This document shows positions 1-11,600 of a stretch of 64,000 bases of DNA, piece by piece. Origin of the DNA: Lingula anatina (taxonomy: Eukaryota > Animalia > Brachiopoda); the NCBI GenBank assembly GCA_051362555.1, contig CM120646.1, positions 1,178,001 through 1,242,000 of the forward strand, written 5' to 3'. The position numbers were made by a program, and so were the translations under genes. Numbering within the stretch: position 1 is the stretch's first letter; each line of letters begins with the position of its first letter. The notes beneath the pieces are model-generated. The model did not search any database. It saw nothing but the letters and a program-made list of their open reading frames with translations, and was not told the DNA's origin.

Positions 1-539
1 TTTAACTAGGCAAGCTCAATGGTCTAGAGTTACCAAGAGTTAGGTTTATTTTTATTACAAGCATGCCTCGGCTTAATTGGTTTTATAGGTTGAACAAAAA
101 GTGATTCAATGCACTGTGATACATTGCAATGGATGTTATAGTAAATAAACTTGAGTCATTGCATCATTTTTGGTTTGCTTTCCTAGGACATATAGAGAAG
201 AGGGGGGGGGGGGGGGGTTAAGTTGAAAACTTTGTAAATTTAAGTAGTTAGTATTTGTATTTTATAACCTTGTTTAGACAGCTTTCCAAAAATATGTTCA
301 TTGGTTAAGATGAAACCAAATGTACACAGGCAAGCATAATAATAATAATAATTTAATAATTTAATTGACTGAGCATTAAAATGTGTACAGTTACATTTTA
401 CAAGCTCTCTAAACTACAGTTTTACATAAATTCATAAATAATATGAATAGAGGAAAATAAAGATATTGAACAAATCCACTTCAAAAATTTCTTCAAATTT
501 TTCCAGTATGAAAAAATAAATAAAATCATGAAGATGCCT

Positions 540-2060
540 ATTCCATGTGACACAGTTACATCAGCGTGGTGAAGGAGTGCGGCAAAATGATAAACATTAG
601 CACCTGTTGATTGTAAATTTATAAATATTTGTATAAAGACAGATAGTAGTATGAGGCACCTGACACTGGGAATGTGGCTACACTGGAGCAAACTGAATTA
701 GCTGGTGTCAGTTTGCCTGTTAAATGATCACCCCTAGCAAGACACGGGCTTTTAAAATTTTTTTCAAAGCACAGACACAAAAGGTGTGATTTTACGAAAG
801 AAAAACATGGTAAACCAAGGCATAAATATATAGTGTTCAATGATTTCACCAGCAGGCATGCAGCAAAGAAGTCTTCTATCATCAAACTTTAACTTGAGTG
901 CATCAACCTCTCTTTTAACCTCATTTTTTAATTAAGATCACAACGGTACTTAACCAATGAAGGTGACCTTCTTACACAAATCTTATTTTTCCTTGCTGTT
1001 TTGTGGATGGATGGCACTTGGAATACATGACCCCATTCTAAAGCCAGTCCAAATGTGAGCACACAAGGTGATACTTACGGGTATCGAGATCAATCGTAAA
1101 AGGGCATGGCACTTCTTTTCAAGGTTATCAAATGGTTTCAGAAACAAAACTAGAATAGGGGACAGATTTAACGTCAAGGACTCGAAAAAAGACCTTGGAA
1201 CTGCAGTAAATATGATCAAAACTTTTCAGCATATGCCTGCATACAAAACCAGTGTTTTCTATACCCAAAAATCTGTAAATTTACAAGTTTTCCTTCAGCA
1301 TGGAGCCTCAGGGCTAATTCTCAATGAAGCCATTACTCTACTAGAAAGATCCATCTCTCCAGGTTCTCCTGCTGAAAGCAATCAGGTTGACAGATTAACA
1401 CACCTCCTGTTTCTAACATGCCTATATTTTAACCACCTGTATACTCTCATCCTTCTTTGAATCCAAGATGGGTCCAGCAACAATTCTTTATTTGGCAAAA
1501 ATGGCTTTGTTTTTGAGGAAAAAATCAATTTAGTGGGATAATCCCAGAGATCATCCTTTAAACCTGTGTACTATCTTTGAGCTTGTCAACACCAAACATA
1601 ACACCTGATATCAAAATCTTATTAACCTGATACCATGTTCACACATCATCCACTTTACAAGATTTTATCATATAAGAAAACAAATGTTAAATCCTATCGT
1701 TTGACAATACAAAGAGGGGGCAAAATTTCAAAATGCTCAAGATAAATGTTTTTATTATGGGACTACTGATTGTGTACCATTAAACTGACAGAACAGGATC
1801 TGATACATTTTGGTACAAAAATACACAAAAAGAACTTGCCTAGTTAAGAATCTATAATAACCAGCCTTTTGGAGTAATGAACAGCTTTCAATTTCTATTC
1901 TTCTTTATCAACTTTCACTATGTAAGTTCAGTCATTTTTTTGATTTTCCTTTTTCACCATAAGGCATACATCTGATCATCTTTCAGCAGTAAGTAAGTTC
2001 AGCATCATTTTGATCTATTATTTCTTATCAAATTTTTAATGTTTCTTACAAAGAGCAATC
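540..2060 (-). pseudogene. Possible decayed coding relic (SWIM zinc-finger/Mutator-like transposase remnant)
   Basis: Several stop-poor minus-strand stretches are broken by stops and frameshifts. Around 1215-1290 adjacent frames give TCKFTDF / ENTGFVCRHML / KVLIIF, resembling a SWIM CxCx(n)CxH motif. No clean splice structure; boundaries are approximate. Confidence 0.25.
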
Positions 2061-2230
2061 AATTCTATGGTTAATGAGTGCAGTTCTGTAATTAACACCC
2101 TTCCATGTCATTATCACAAATATTCTTTGAAAACTCTCTCTCTCCTCTCTTTCTGTCTCTCTATCACACACACACATACACATGCACACACACACATACA
2201 TGTACTTACACACACACACACACACCTTAC

Positions 2231-2382
2231 CTCATGTTATATGTTGATGATCCGAGCTCTTCCCCCAAACCTGACAGAGAGCCATCAAAATCAGCCGCCA
2301 GCCCATCATTAATGTCATCTACCCTCCATCCGTGCAGTGCGTTTGCTGTGATATTTGAGTGAACATCGGGGGTGTGAGCCAT
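2231..2382 (-). CDS. Probable first coding exon of an unidentified gene running off the left window edge (MAHTPDVHSNITANALHGWRVDD...STYNM)
   Basis: ATG in aaaATGg context at 2382, open frame to a strong donor GAG|GTAAGG at 2231/2230, and CpG-rich promoter-like DNA shared with PFDN5. No downstream exon or homology recognised. Confidence 0.5.
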
Positions 2383-2937
2383 TTTTCGATCAGTCTTTGG
2401 TTTGCCTGAATGGGAATGCGAGCCGGAAACTTTGCTGAACTTCGCAAAATTTCTTTTCCGACCTCGCCCTTCCAAGGCCTTTCTGCTCTTGTCTTGGGAC
2501 GCTCCACAAAACCACTTTTCCAGGCTGTTTGTATCTGAATTTAAATCAAGAAAAATGTTACCGTACATGCTGCGTGACAAGGTGACTTTTACATCAGCGA
2601 TCACCTACAGCGCAAGTCGTTTCTTTTCACTGGCCTTCTGGCCTTGACGTCAACAAAGTCAAGAGCAAAACCAAGTCCCACGTTGGCGCGTTTTCGAACC
2701 AAATCAACCTAGCTCTTAAAACACAACTGCTATATTCTAGAGGAGCTACGATCTCATCTCTACTCCATGTTTCTAGCGTGACGTTACAAGCAGTGGGGTT
2801 ACCTAGGAATGAGATTTCTCAAATAGAAATTGTCGTCCTTGCACACGGTCTTGTTTACTTCCAGTAAGTTGCGTACATATCCGGGAACTTTTGGAGAAAA
2901 GGGCAACAAATCTCCACCGCTGTTACAAGAAGCTAAA

Positions 2938-4818
2938 ATGGCGGCCAAGCAAATAGATCTGTCGGCTCTAAATATTCAACAATTACAACAATTATCGCAA
3001 CAAATAGACCAGGTAAGGTTGCATGTGTTTAAGATTATGGTTTCCAATGAATAAAGCTACTCTTAGGATAATTGGTGTTTTATACATTTTAGTAGATGAT
3101 GCTAAGTGGGGCATCTTGTTTCCCCTTGTAACCTAGGCAGTAGGCTAACTGACATGTAACACGAGGTACCTCATTTTAAGTTAATTAATGTTTTTGGGAG
3201 GGAAAGAGGAGTCATTCGATGGTTGTAACATGTTCTTTTGTTCTGATTTTAATGGCGTGTTAGTTACTACGTTTTGTAATGTCAATATAATTTTTTATTC
3301 AAGGCATAGAATTAAGGTTAATATTCAGTTTGTGAATCTTTCTTCACATAAGGAACATTTGAACAAATGTAAGCTTCTTTGAACAAGTTGAAATTGACTT
3401 TGGTGTTTCAGGAGATAGAATTCTTTACCTCCTCCCTCAGTCAGCTAAAGATGGCCCAGCAGAAGTTTGTTGAATCTCAGGATTGTCTCGGAAGAATCAG
3501 CCCAGAGACAGATGGGAAAGATGTCCTTGTTCCCTTGACCAGCTCTGTATCCTTCCTTACTGATATGAGAGAGGGAGAGGGGTTAAAAATTGCCCGTAGC
3601 TGCTGTGGAGCGTGTCTATCTTTGTCACATTTCACTAAGAATCACTTGCATTGTTTTCGTTTATCTGTCTAGTTAATGATAATGATTACTTTAAATATGC
3701 CTTCTCTCTCTCTCTGGATCAGTACCCCCCCCCCCCCCCCCCCAAAAAAAAAAAAAAAAAAAAAAAATGCAGATTGATGAACAAAAAATTTTTCCAAGTC
3801 GTTAATAATGATAATGTCAACCTCACATTATAATGTAGTAATAATGTTATATAATATTACTATTATTATTATTATTATTATAATTATTATTATTATTATT
3901 GCTCCTTGACTTCAGACTTAGATGTATGTACCAGGAAAGCTGTCAGATGTAAGCAATGTTCTTGTTGATATAGGAACAGGGTATTATGTGGAACAGGTGA
4001 TTTAATAGTTGTATTATTACCATTTTAGGATTGTTCATAAACTCTACTTTCATAAAAATCAATGCAGAATGTCAAAGTCTTTCCTTGTTGCAGTGGTTTC
4101 AAATGGTTCAAAGGGCTCAGCAGCCAAAGACATATTTTTAAATTTGTTAAAACAAAGTTATTTTATGATGGTAAAGGCTTTAATTCTGCTGAATATCTTT
4201 GGGATCAATGCATTTATAATTCAATTTTTTTACGTATTTATTTAAATAAATGTGTAATATTCTGTCTCCAGGAGGTGGAGAATGCCAAGCAGTACTTCCA
4301 AAGAAAGGTGGATTACCTTACCAAACAGATGGAGAAACTACAGCCTATACTACAGGATAAATATAGGACCAAACAAGGTGGGTTGCCACAGAACACGTGA
4401 TCATTTTTACACATTGTGGTATTTATATAAAGCATTTTGTTACCTTAAGTTCCTTTTTTCTTGGATATTACATAACTTGAGAAATAAGGCATAATTATGT
4501 AAATAAACGAAGGTCTCATTTGGCAGCATATCCCCTTGTAGGAAGTGTTCCAATTTCTTTATATTTTCTTAGAGCACAAAGTGAATTTTGTGCTCTTATT
4601 GCAGTGTACATAATAAGCAATCAGGTGACAAAAGTTGTACATCAGAATTCTTGCCAACCATCAATTCAGTTTTCTTTTGTTAGAAATGTTTAAATGTTTT
4701 TTTTTTTTTTTTAATTTCAGCTGTGATGGAGGTACTGCAACTCCGAGTACAGGCGCAGTTAGCCGCCCAACAGCAGTCATATGCAGCCGCAGCACAGACA
4801 GGGGCAGCCAAGTCATGA
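2938..4818 (+). CDS. PFDN5: Prefoldin subunit 5 (162 aa, 5 exons)
   Basis: Exons 2938-3012, 3412-3546, 3922-3996, 4272-4377 and 4721-4818 join in phase. Alpha-prefoldin signature [15 protein letters not shown]...[12 protein letters not shown]; AATAAA near 5204. Confidence 0.96.
3547..3921 (+). other. U12-type (minor spliceosome) GT-AG intron in PFDN5
   Basis: 5' site GTATCCTT at 3547; branch point TCCTTGAC at 3903-3910, about 10 nt before the AG at 3920-3921; no polypyrimidine tract; splits LTSS|MYVPG. Confidence 0.92.
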
Positions 4819-6620
4819 GAATAGTATACCTGTAGTTTTACACCTTTTTAAATTTAAATCTTCACTGGCTGGCTTGCAATGGGAGTCGGGAAGTGTACTT
4901 AAAAGTGAAGCGCTTAAAAAAAGAATCAATTTGATTTTTCATAATTGATGGATGGTGAGGCAAGATTGATATCATGGACTTAAAGAAAACTTTGGCTGCA
5001 AGCGAGGACTGGAGTTACCTCTATCTTGAATTCAGTACATCATGTGGCTCACATATCTTTTGTGGAGAAAATGGGGTCATTTTGAGACGTACAGACTTTC
5101 AGTGTTAAGATCATGGAGTCCTTGCCACAAAGTATTGTGTTAGCCTAGTATTGCTTATGTTGGCTTGTGTGGTTTGTAGCCATAGTGTTTGCTTGAATGT
5201 AAAAATAAATTTATATTAAACATCCAGATTTGAATTGTTTGTAATTGTAAAAGGGAAGTATAAAGATATTAATTGAAGGGTAGAGAAGAGCCTAAGAGGA
5301 TACCTACAGTTATTAAAAAGTATATAAGCCTTATCGAATTATTGAAGACTGCTCAATAACAGCTTAAACTTGCTTAAATGTGTAAATTTGTTTTTCCATC
5401 ACCAAATCATAACAACTGTTGTCCAACTCTGTTGGTTTTCTGTTTTTTTATTTCATCTAAAACAAATGTGTAAACACCCAAAAATAAAAATGTATAATTT
5501 ATTTTATACATTTAATCAGTCGTGGATGAAGGCCTACACCTTAAAAATGCACTAAAAATTTACAGACGAACGGAGTAATACACTAGTATATGTTAAATAT
5601 GGTTTACAACAGCACTAGAAAAATATTTTATGGAATGTTATGTTTTTCTATAAAATCAAAATGCATATTATTTTTAAAAATAATGGCAAACTAAATAATG
5701 AAATAAAAAACATATTATGACTTCCATTTGTTACACTGATAAATGTCATGCTTATTAAACATTCCAACAAGATTTAAACCCTGATTAATTTATGCAAATA
5801 CTGGACGGAGATTACATATATATCTTGGATAAATAATCATATAATAGATTACCCTGACTATAAACTAGTTCTCTTAAGAGAATTCATGAAAGAAGAATAG
5901 TGCAGACAAATACCGATACAATTACATACAACATTCATTGTACACGAGTGCACTATGAGGACAGTAGACATCTTTCAGTCATGAGCAAAACAAAACAAAC
6001 AAACAATAAAAGTAAATATCGAACTCCACTTCCAGTTTCATAATGTCTTCCTTTTATGCTACATTCTTTTGGCATTTAAAATTTTCAATTCTCCTTTGTT
6101 AAAACATAGAATTGATTATGTAAATTTTTATCACAGTTGGGTAAAACATATGTAATATCACGCTTAGTAACTACACAGGCACATCTCACAAACACGATTA
6201 CAGAGTACCCCACAAATAAGATTCAGATCAAGGTGGTTGAACACAGAGTCGATGATGATAATTGTGGTATTTTGTCTCTGTTACACAAAGTACACTTAAA
6301 ACATTATGTACTCAGAGTAACTGCAAGCTAGTAGCTAGACTTTCTTTCTTCTAAACTGCCCATCAAACATAGCGCAGGTGTTGACCTTACTATTGCCCAG
6401 AATTGGAGAGCCTTTCGATCCACACTGAAATCTATCGAGTTCAACCCTATTGTGCTTTGACACAAGAATTCAGAACATGAAACATACTGGCAATCATGAT
6501 GCAGTTGGGCATTCAGCGTTTGTTATGTTTGCTTCGATCAAGTCTTTTTACATTTATAACGAGGTGACTGCATCTGCTATTTTAAAATGTAGGGAGTCCC
6601 TTCACCTGCCCTTCATGGTT

Positions 6621-8575
6621 TTAAAAAGCTGCATTTCTGTTCAGCGCCACCTGTCTGAGAGTGTTCAGGTGGCCTCCGTACAGCTGAATCTTGGAGCTCA
6701 CTGGTTGCCAGGCAACATGTTCAACTGATGCCCCCGCCTGAAATAGGAGAATATTTCACAATTAGAAATGTTAACACTGTAAATAACAGTGGCCTACATG
6801 CACATCAATACTACCTTTTCTATGAAAGTGTGGTTAATTTAAAGTAAATTTATCTTTGATGTATGAAAAAAGATGCACCAATTGCACAACGGTGTGAATA
6901 TGATAGAAAATACCAAAAGTTATCAAAAAGCAATCAAACTCCAGCATAGAAAAGCGTGGTGATTTTCCTCATTCTGGTGGTTTTCACATTTTTCATTATT
7001 ACTTGGCACAGATTCATTTTGAAATAACCAATTATATTCAGGCATGCTTCTTTGCTACATAGGCACACTATGTGAACTGCAGACTCTTCATATTGATGCT
7101 CTGTGACAATTGATTTGAATAATTTAATACTGCAACTGTTGATGGCATAGACAAAAACAGATAAAACGTTCACTGCCATCATTAAACAACCTTTCAAAGA
7201 GTTGTAAAAATTCACAAAATAATACAATAATAAATAGGATGAATGTCCATTAATTCCTGATAGTTATTGTAACAGTCTAAAGAGGCACACCTACCTTGAG
7301 GTTCAAGGTTTCCAGTATCTTACCCTCTTCATCATGGTAATTATAGGCTGTAGTTTCTAACCAGGCATTGTCCGTATTCCGTGGATCATCGGCGTAGCCC
7401 TCATATACCTGAATAGAAAAAACACATCAGTGATAGGTAAAGTGAAATATTTGTTTAAAAACTTTCATCAAATTTGTAGATAGCAGAGATGAAAAACCTT
7501 TTGACCTCTATGGACTAGTGCAATATTTCTGATACTATTGTTTTATTTCCATACTCTAATGACGCTCGGTGTCCCTATAACCTTCAACTTGTTAATAAAC
7601 AAATTGCTCCCAACATATAAAATTTTCAAAATTTTTATATTCCCATGTGAAATTTACAGAAATGAATGACTGCAATTATAAATTTTTTCACTAAAGGATT
7701 TTAGTTATCATACACTTGTTCATTTCTGGATATCAATATTAAATTAGAGATACTTGCCTTCTGTCCTTTCTGTATCAACTGTTCCAACTTTTCATTTTTG
7801 CGTTGGGAAGTATCTGCGGCGTTTTCACCCATAGCTTCTTCAGCAAATTCCATCCTCAAGCAATCCAGGACATTTTGACCAGGCTGGATGATACCCTGAA
7901 ACAAGCCCATTGTGTTGTTAGGTGAGAAATATGTCCATTGTGTTAGGTGAGAAACATGTCCATTGTGTTAGGGAAGAAGCATGTCCAATGTGCTGAAGGA
8001 GAAATATGTCCATTATTATTTTTTTTTTTGGTAAATGATAAACTAAAATGTACAAATTTAGTAAGGCTTGATTTTTTTTTAATACATCCAGAGTGTTAGG
8101 CGAGATATTTTGTTGAATGGTCTCTTCAAATATTTTCAAATTTGAATCAAGCCATGTTGTCTTCTGTCATGGTTCTGTATAAAGTGTACTGGAAACTATT
8201 TCAAACTTTTGTCTGTAAAACTGAAAAATCTCAATGATGCATATTCTATATTTCTCACTCTGTCATGTCTTCCTTACCCCTGGGATGCCCCATTCACGAT
8301 TGCCATCTTTCCGTTGAATAGCCACAAATTCTAGTACTTTTCGCCCATCTTCAATAACAATTTGGCCATTTTCACCACGTTTCCACCTAAAAAGACACAT
8401 TTCAAGTTAAATCCAACAGATGTTTTCATGACCAAACTGTATCCTTGACCTACATATAAATCTTACCAAGTCTTTGAGGTTCTAATCCATATCAGTTACT
8501 GTAAGGAACGACATGTCTGAAGTGTATGACATTTTAACGCACACATAAAATTTATGTGACAAAAAAAAAAAAAAA

Positions 8576-8632
<57 letters not shown>

Positions 8633-11600
8633 ATGTATATTTCAAAGGCTGTGTGTCTGAAACAAAATGTAATGAAATTACAACAGGCACAGAAAGCATT
8701 ACAAAGTATACACATATTAACTATACCTGGTGACAACTGGGTCACCGCTGAAATTTGGTCCCCAGCGTCCCAGCAGTCCGCGCCCCATCAGTCCCGTCCT
8801 ACCCCTGGGGTTAAGAGGCAGGCCATTCTTGTCAATCTTGTACTGCCCTTCGAAGCTCTTCCTGTTCACTTTGTAGGTCTTGTCATACTCGTTGAAACTC
8901 AGCTTCTTCTCAGGTTTGCTGTATGATAAATATGTTATTTTATAAATGTAGGCAAAAAAACAGATTGACAAAAAAGAGAAGATGAAAACATTCATGGCAA
9001 ATGTGGCGTTTTATGTCTCAAACTGCTTATGAATAATATATCTTACACAAATAATGACTGATATCTTACTGCATTTGTTGTTGTGTTAGGTGTTACAGTG
9101 TGTTGAGTGAGTTAGGTGTCACACTGTATTGGGTATGACATTGTGTTAGGTGTGTTATTGCGTTGGATGTGACAGTGTGTTAGATGTGACAGTGTCCTAG
9201 TGTGACTGTGTTAGATGTGACAGTGTGTTAGATGTGTTAGGTTTGACAGTGTGTTAGATGTGACAGTGTGTTAGATGTGTTAGGTGTGACAGTGTGTTAG
9301 ATGTGACAGTGTGTTAGATGTGTTAGGTGTGACAGTATGTTAGGTGTGACAGTGTGTTAGATGTGACAGTGTGTTAGATGTGTTAGGTGTGACAGTGTGT
9401 TAGGTGTGACAGTGTGTTAGATGTGACAGTATGTTAGGTATGATAGTGTGTTAGGTATGACAGTGTGTTAGGTATGACAGTGTGTTAGGTATGATAGTGT
9501 GTTAGGTGTGACAGTGTGTTAGGTATGATAGTGTGTTAGATGTGACAGTATGTTAGGTATGATAGTGTGTTAGGTATGACAGTATGTTAGGTATGACAGT
9601 GTGTTAGGTATGACAGTGTGTTAGGTATGATAGTGTGTTAGGTGTGACAGTGTGTTGGGTGTGACAGTGTGTTAGGTATGACAGTATGTTAGGTGTGACA
9701 GTGTGTTAGGTGTGAAAGTGTGTTAGATGTGTTAGGTGTGACAGTGTGTTGGGTGTGACGGACAGTGCAATCTCACCTGTTGAGAATATCAGGGTCTGCC
9801 CACTCAGGACCCTCCAACACTACTGGACTGGTGTATACTGTTGGACTGTATTCAGGGAACGGGACCTGATATAATGTGAAATACACTTAAAATAAATGTT
9901 TGTTGAAACGAAGATGGAAAGATGAAACTTATAAATGGGGCCTAAAATAAATTAACATACACTTTAAAGATATTATGCTGAAAAGTTTTAAGTGTAAAGT
10001 TCCATATTATACATTATAATATACATAAAGTGTTTTCCAAAATCATATTGTTATAAATATTTCTTTCAGGTATACATAAAGCATTGACTGTAATTTCTGT
10101 ACCAGTAAAAAAAAATTGAAAAACTCACCGTCCAAGGAACATTGGCATCCGGTACTTGAAATCTTTTCACGTCTGGCCCTGCCTCTGGATACGGAGATGT
10201 GCGGCTCTTCACGTGAAGACGCACTTGTTCCGACAACATCATCACGTAACGCTTTTTTTCTTGTTCGGCCAGATCATTCTTCCTTTCTTCCTCTGAAATA
10301 TCCAATAAAACCAGAGAATTATATACCACAGTTACTAATAAAAATGTCAGGAAACAACATTCGATTTTGTCACTTTTTTCAACATTTAAAAGTGGTGAAT
10401 AGCTAAATAAAATTTAATACTCTGTAAAAAATAGAGAATGTGAAGTTCATTTGAATAGGAATGTGGCAGGAAACTCAACATTAATGTGTTAATGTGAGAT
10501 CAGGTCTGTTACATATGTCAATTGCATTCTACTAAGTATTATTTAAGCGAAAAAATGTTTTTTTTCCAAAGCAGAATGAAGGTGATATTGATGATCAGTC
10601 TCATATGTCACCTATTTACCTTCTATTTTCCTCTGCTTGGGGTCTTGCAGTTTTGGGGGGTTGCCCTTAGCTTGCCCACTCATGTTCTGGACTATCCAGT
10701 GGAGAGCTTGGAATGTTGTTTCCAGCTGGCGATGGGGGGAGAAAAGATAATATTAATAGATATCAAATCGTTACATATAGTCAATATAACATTCCATAAA
10801 AAATCACTACGAGTGCTAGGACTACTAAATGAAAATTAATGAGGTTGAAATAGTCTTGGATACAAGGCTTCAAATGGTAAATTATGCATGCCATTGGATA
10901 GTTTTTTTAATGTACAAGCTCTTAAAGGACAACTCAGTGGGTTAGATTAATGTATAGAAGCAGGTTCTATGTAAAACTTTGATCAGATTTGTGTTTTGGG
11001 AGATTGTTTATTATTATATGAATAAGTCTGGGTCACAAAAGTCCTGTTAAGACAACTAGAATAAAGAATTAGAAAACGAAAACTATTTATCATGATTTCG
11101 GAGCACAGCCAGAAGTACTTTCGGCTCAAGGTCACGACCTCGATTTTCCCACGCTTACGACCAATCACAGCAGGCTTCAGTCAGAATGAGATAGACGTCA
11201 CGACTACACAGCGAAACTTGTCAGGCATGTAAGTGCCGCCTGTCCATCTTTTCGGTACATGTACCGATCAAAAACAGAAAACGTAAAGCCCAAAACGCTC
11301 TTATACACGTAACCAACTTTGTATGAGCACAAATATTGTCATTTATTGTGAACAGGATAACAGTGTTCTCCACGACCTGTTTTTAGGTGGCGCTGCGCCA
11401 CCTTATCTTGGCGCTGAGCCACCTTATTGAGTTTTGTGCCACCTTATGTAAACGGCCCGCCACCTTTATTTTGAGCAGTGAGCAGACCTTCAGATTATTT
11501 TCTTGTAGAAAAGTGAGATATTAAACTTGAACTTGCATAGCTTGACTGTTGTTTTTGCATCCCTTTGACATTAACATATCGAAAAGATACATTGTACATT

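Noticed and set aside
3550-3635. H/ACA snoRNA in the PFDN5 intron (ends ACATTT)
   Set aside because: No proper ANANNA hinge, too short, and it overlaps the U12 donor.
9085-9760. Regular repeat array resembling CRISPR or telomeric repeats
   Set aside because: Contiguous 17-bp units with no unique spacers, no cas genes and no TTAGGG runs; an ordinary intronic minisatellite.
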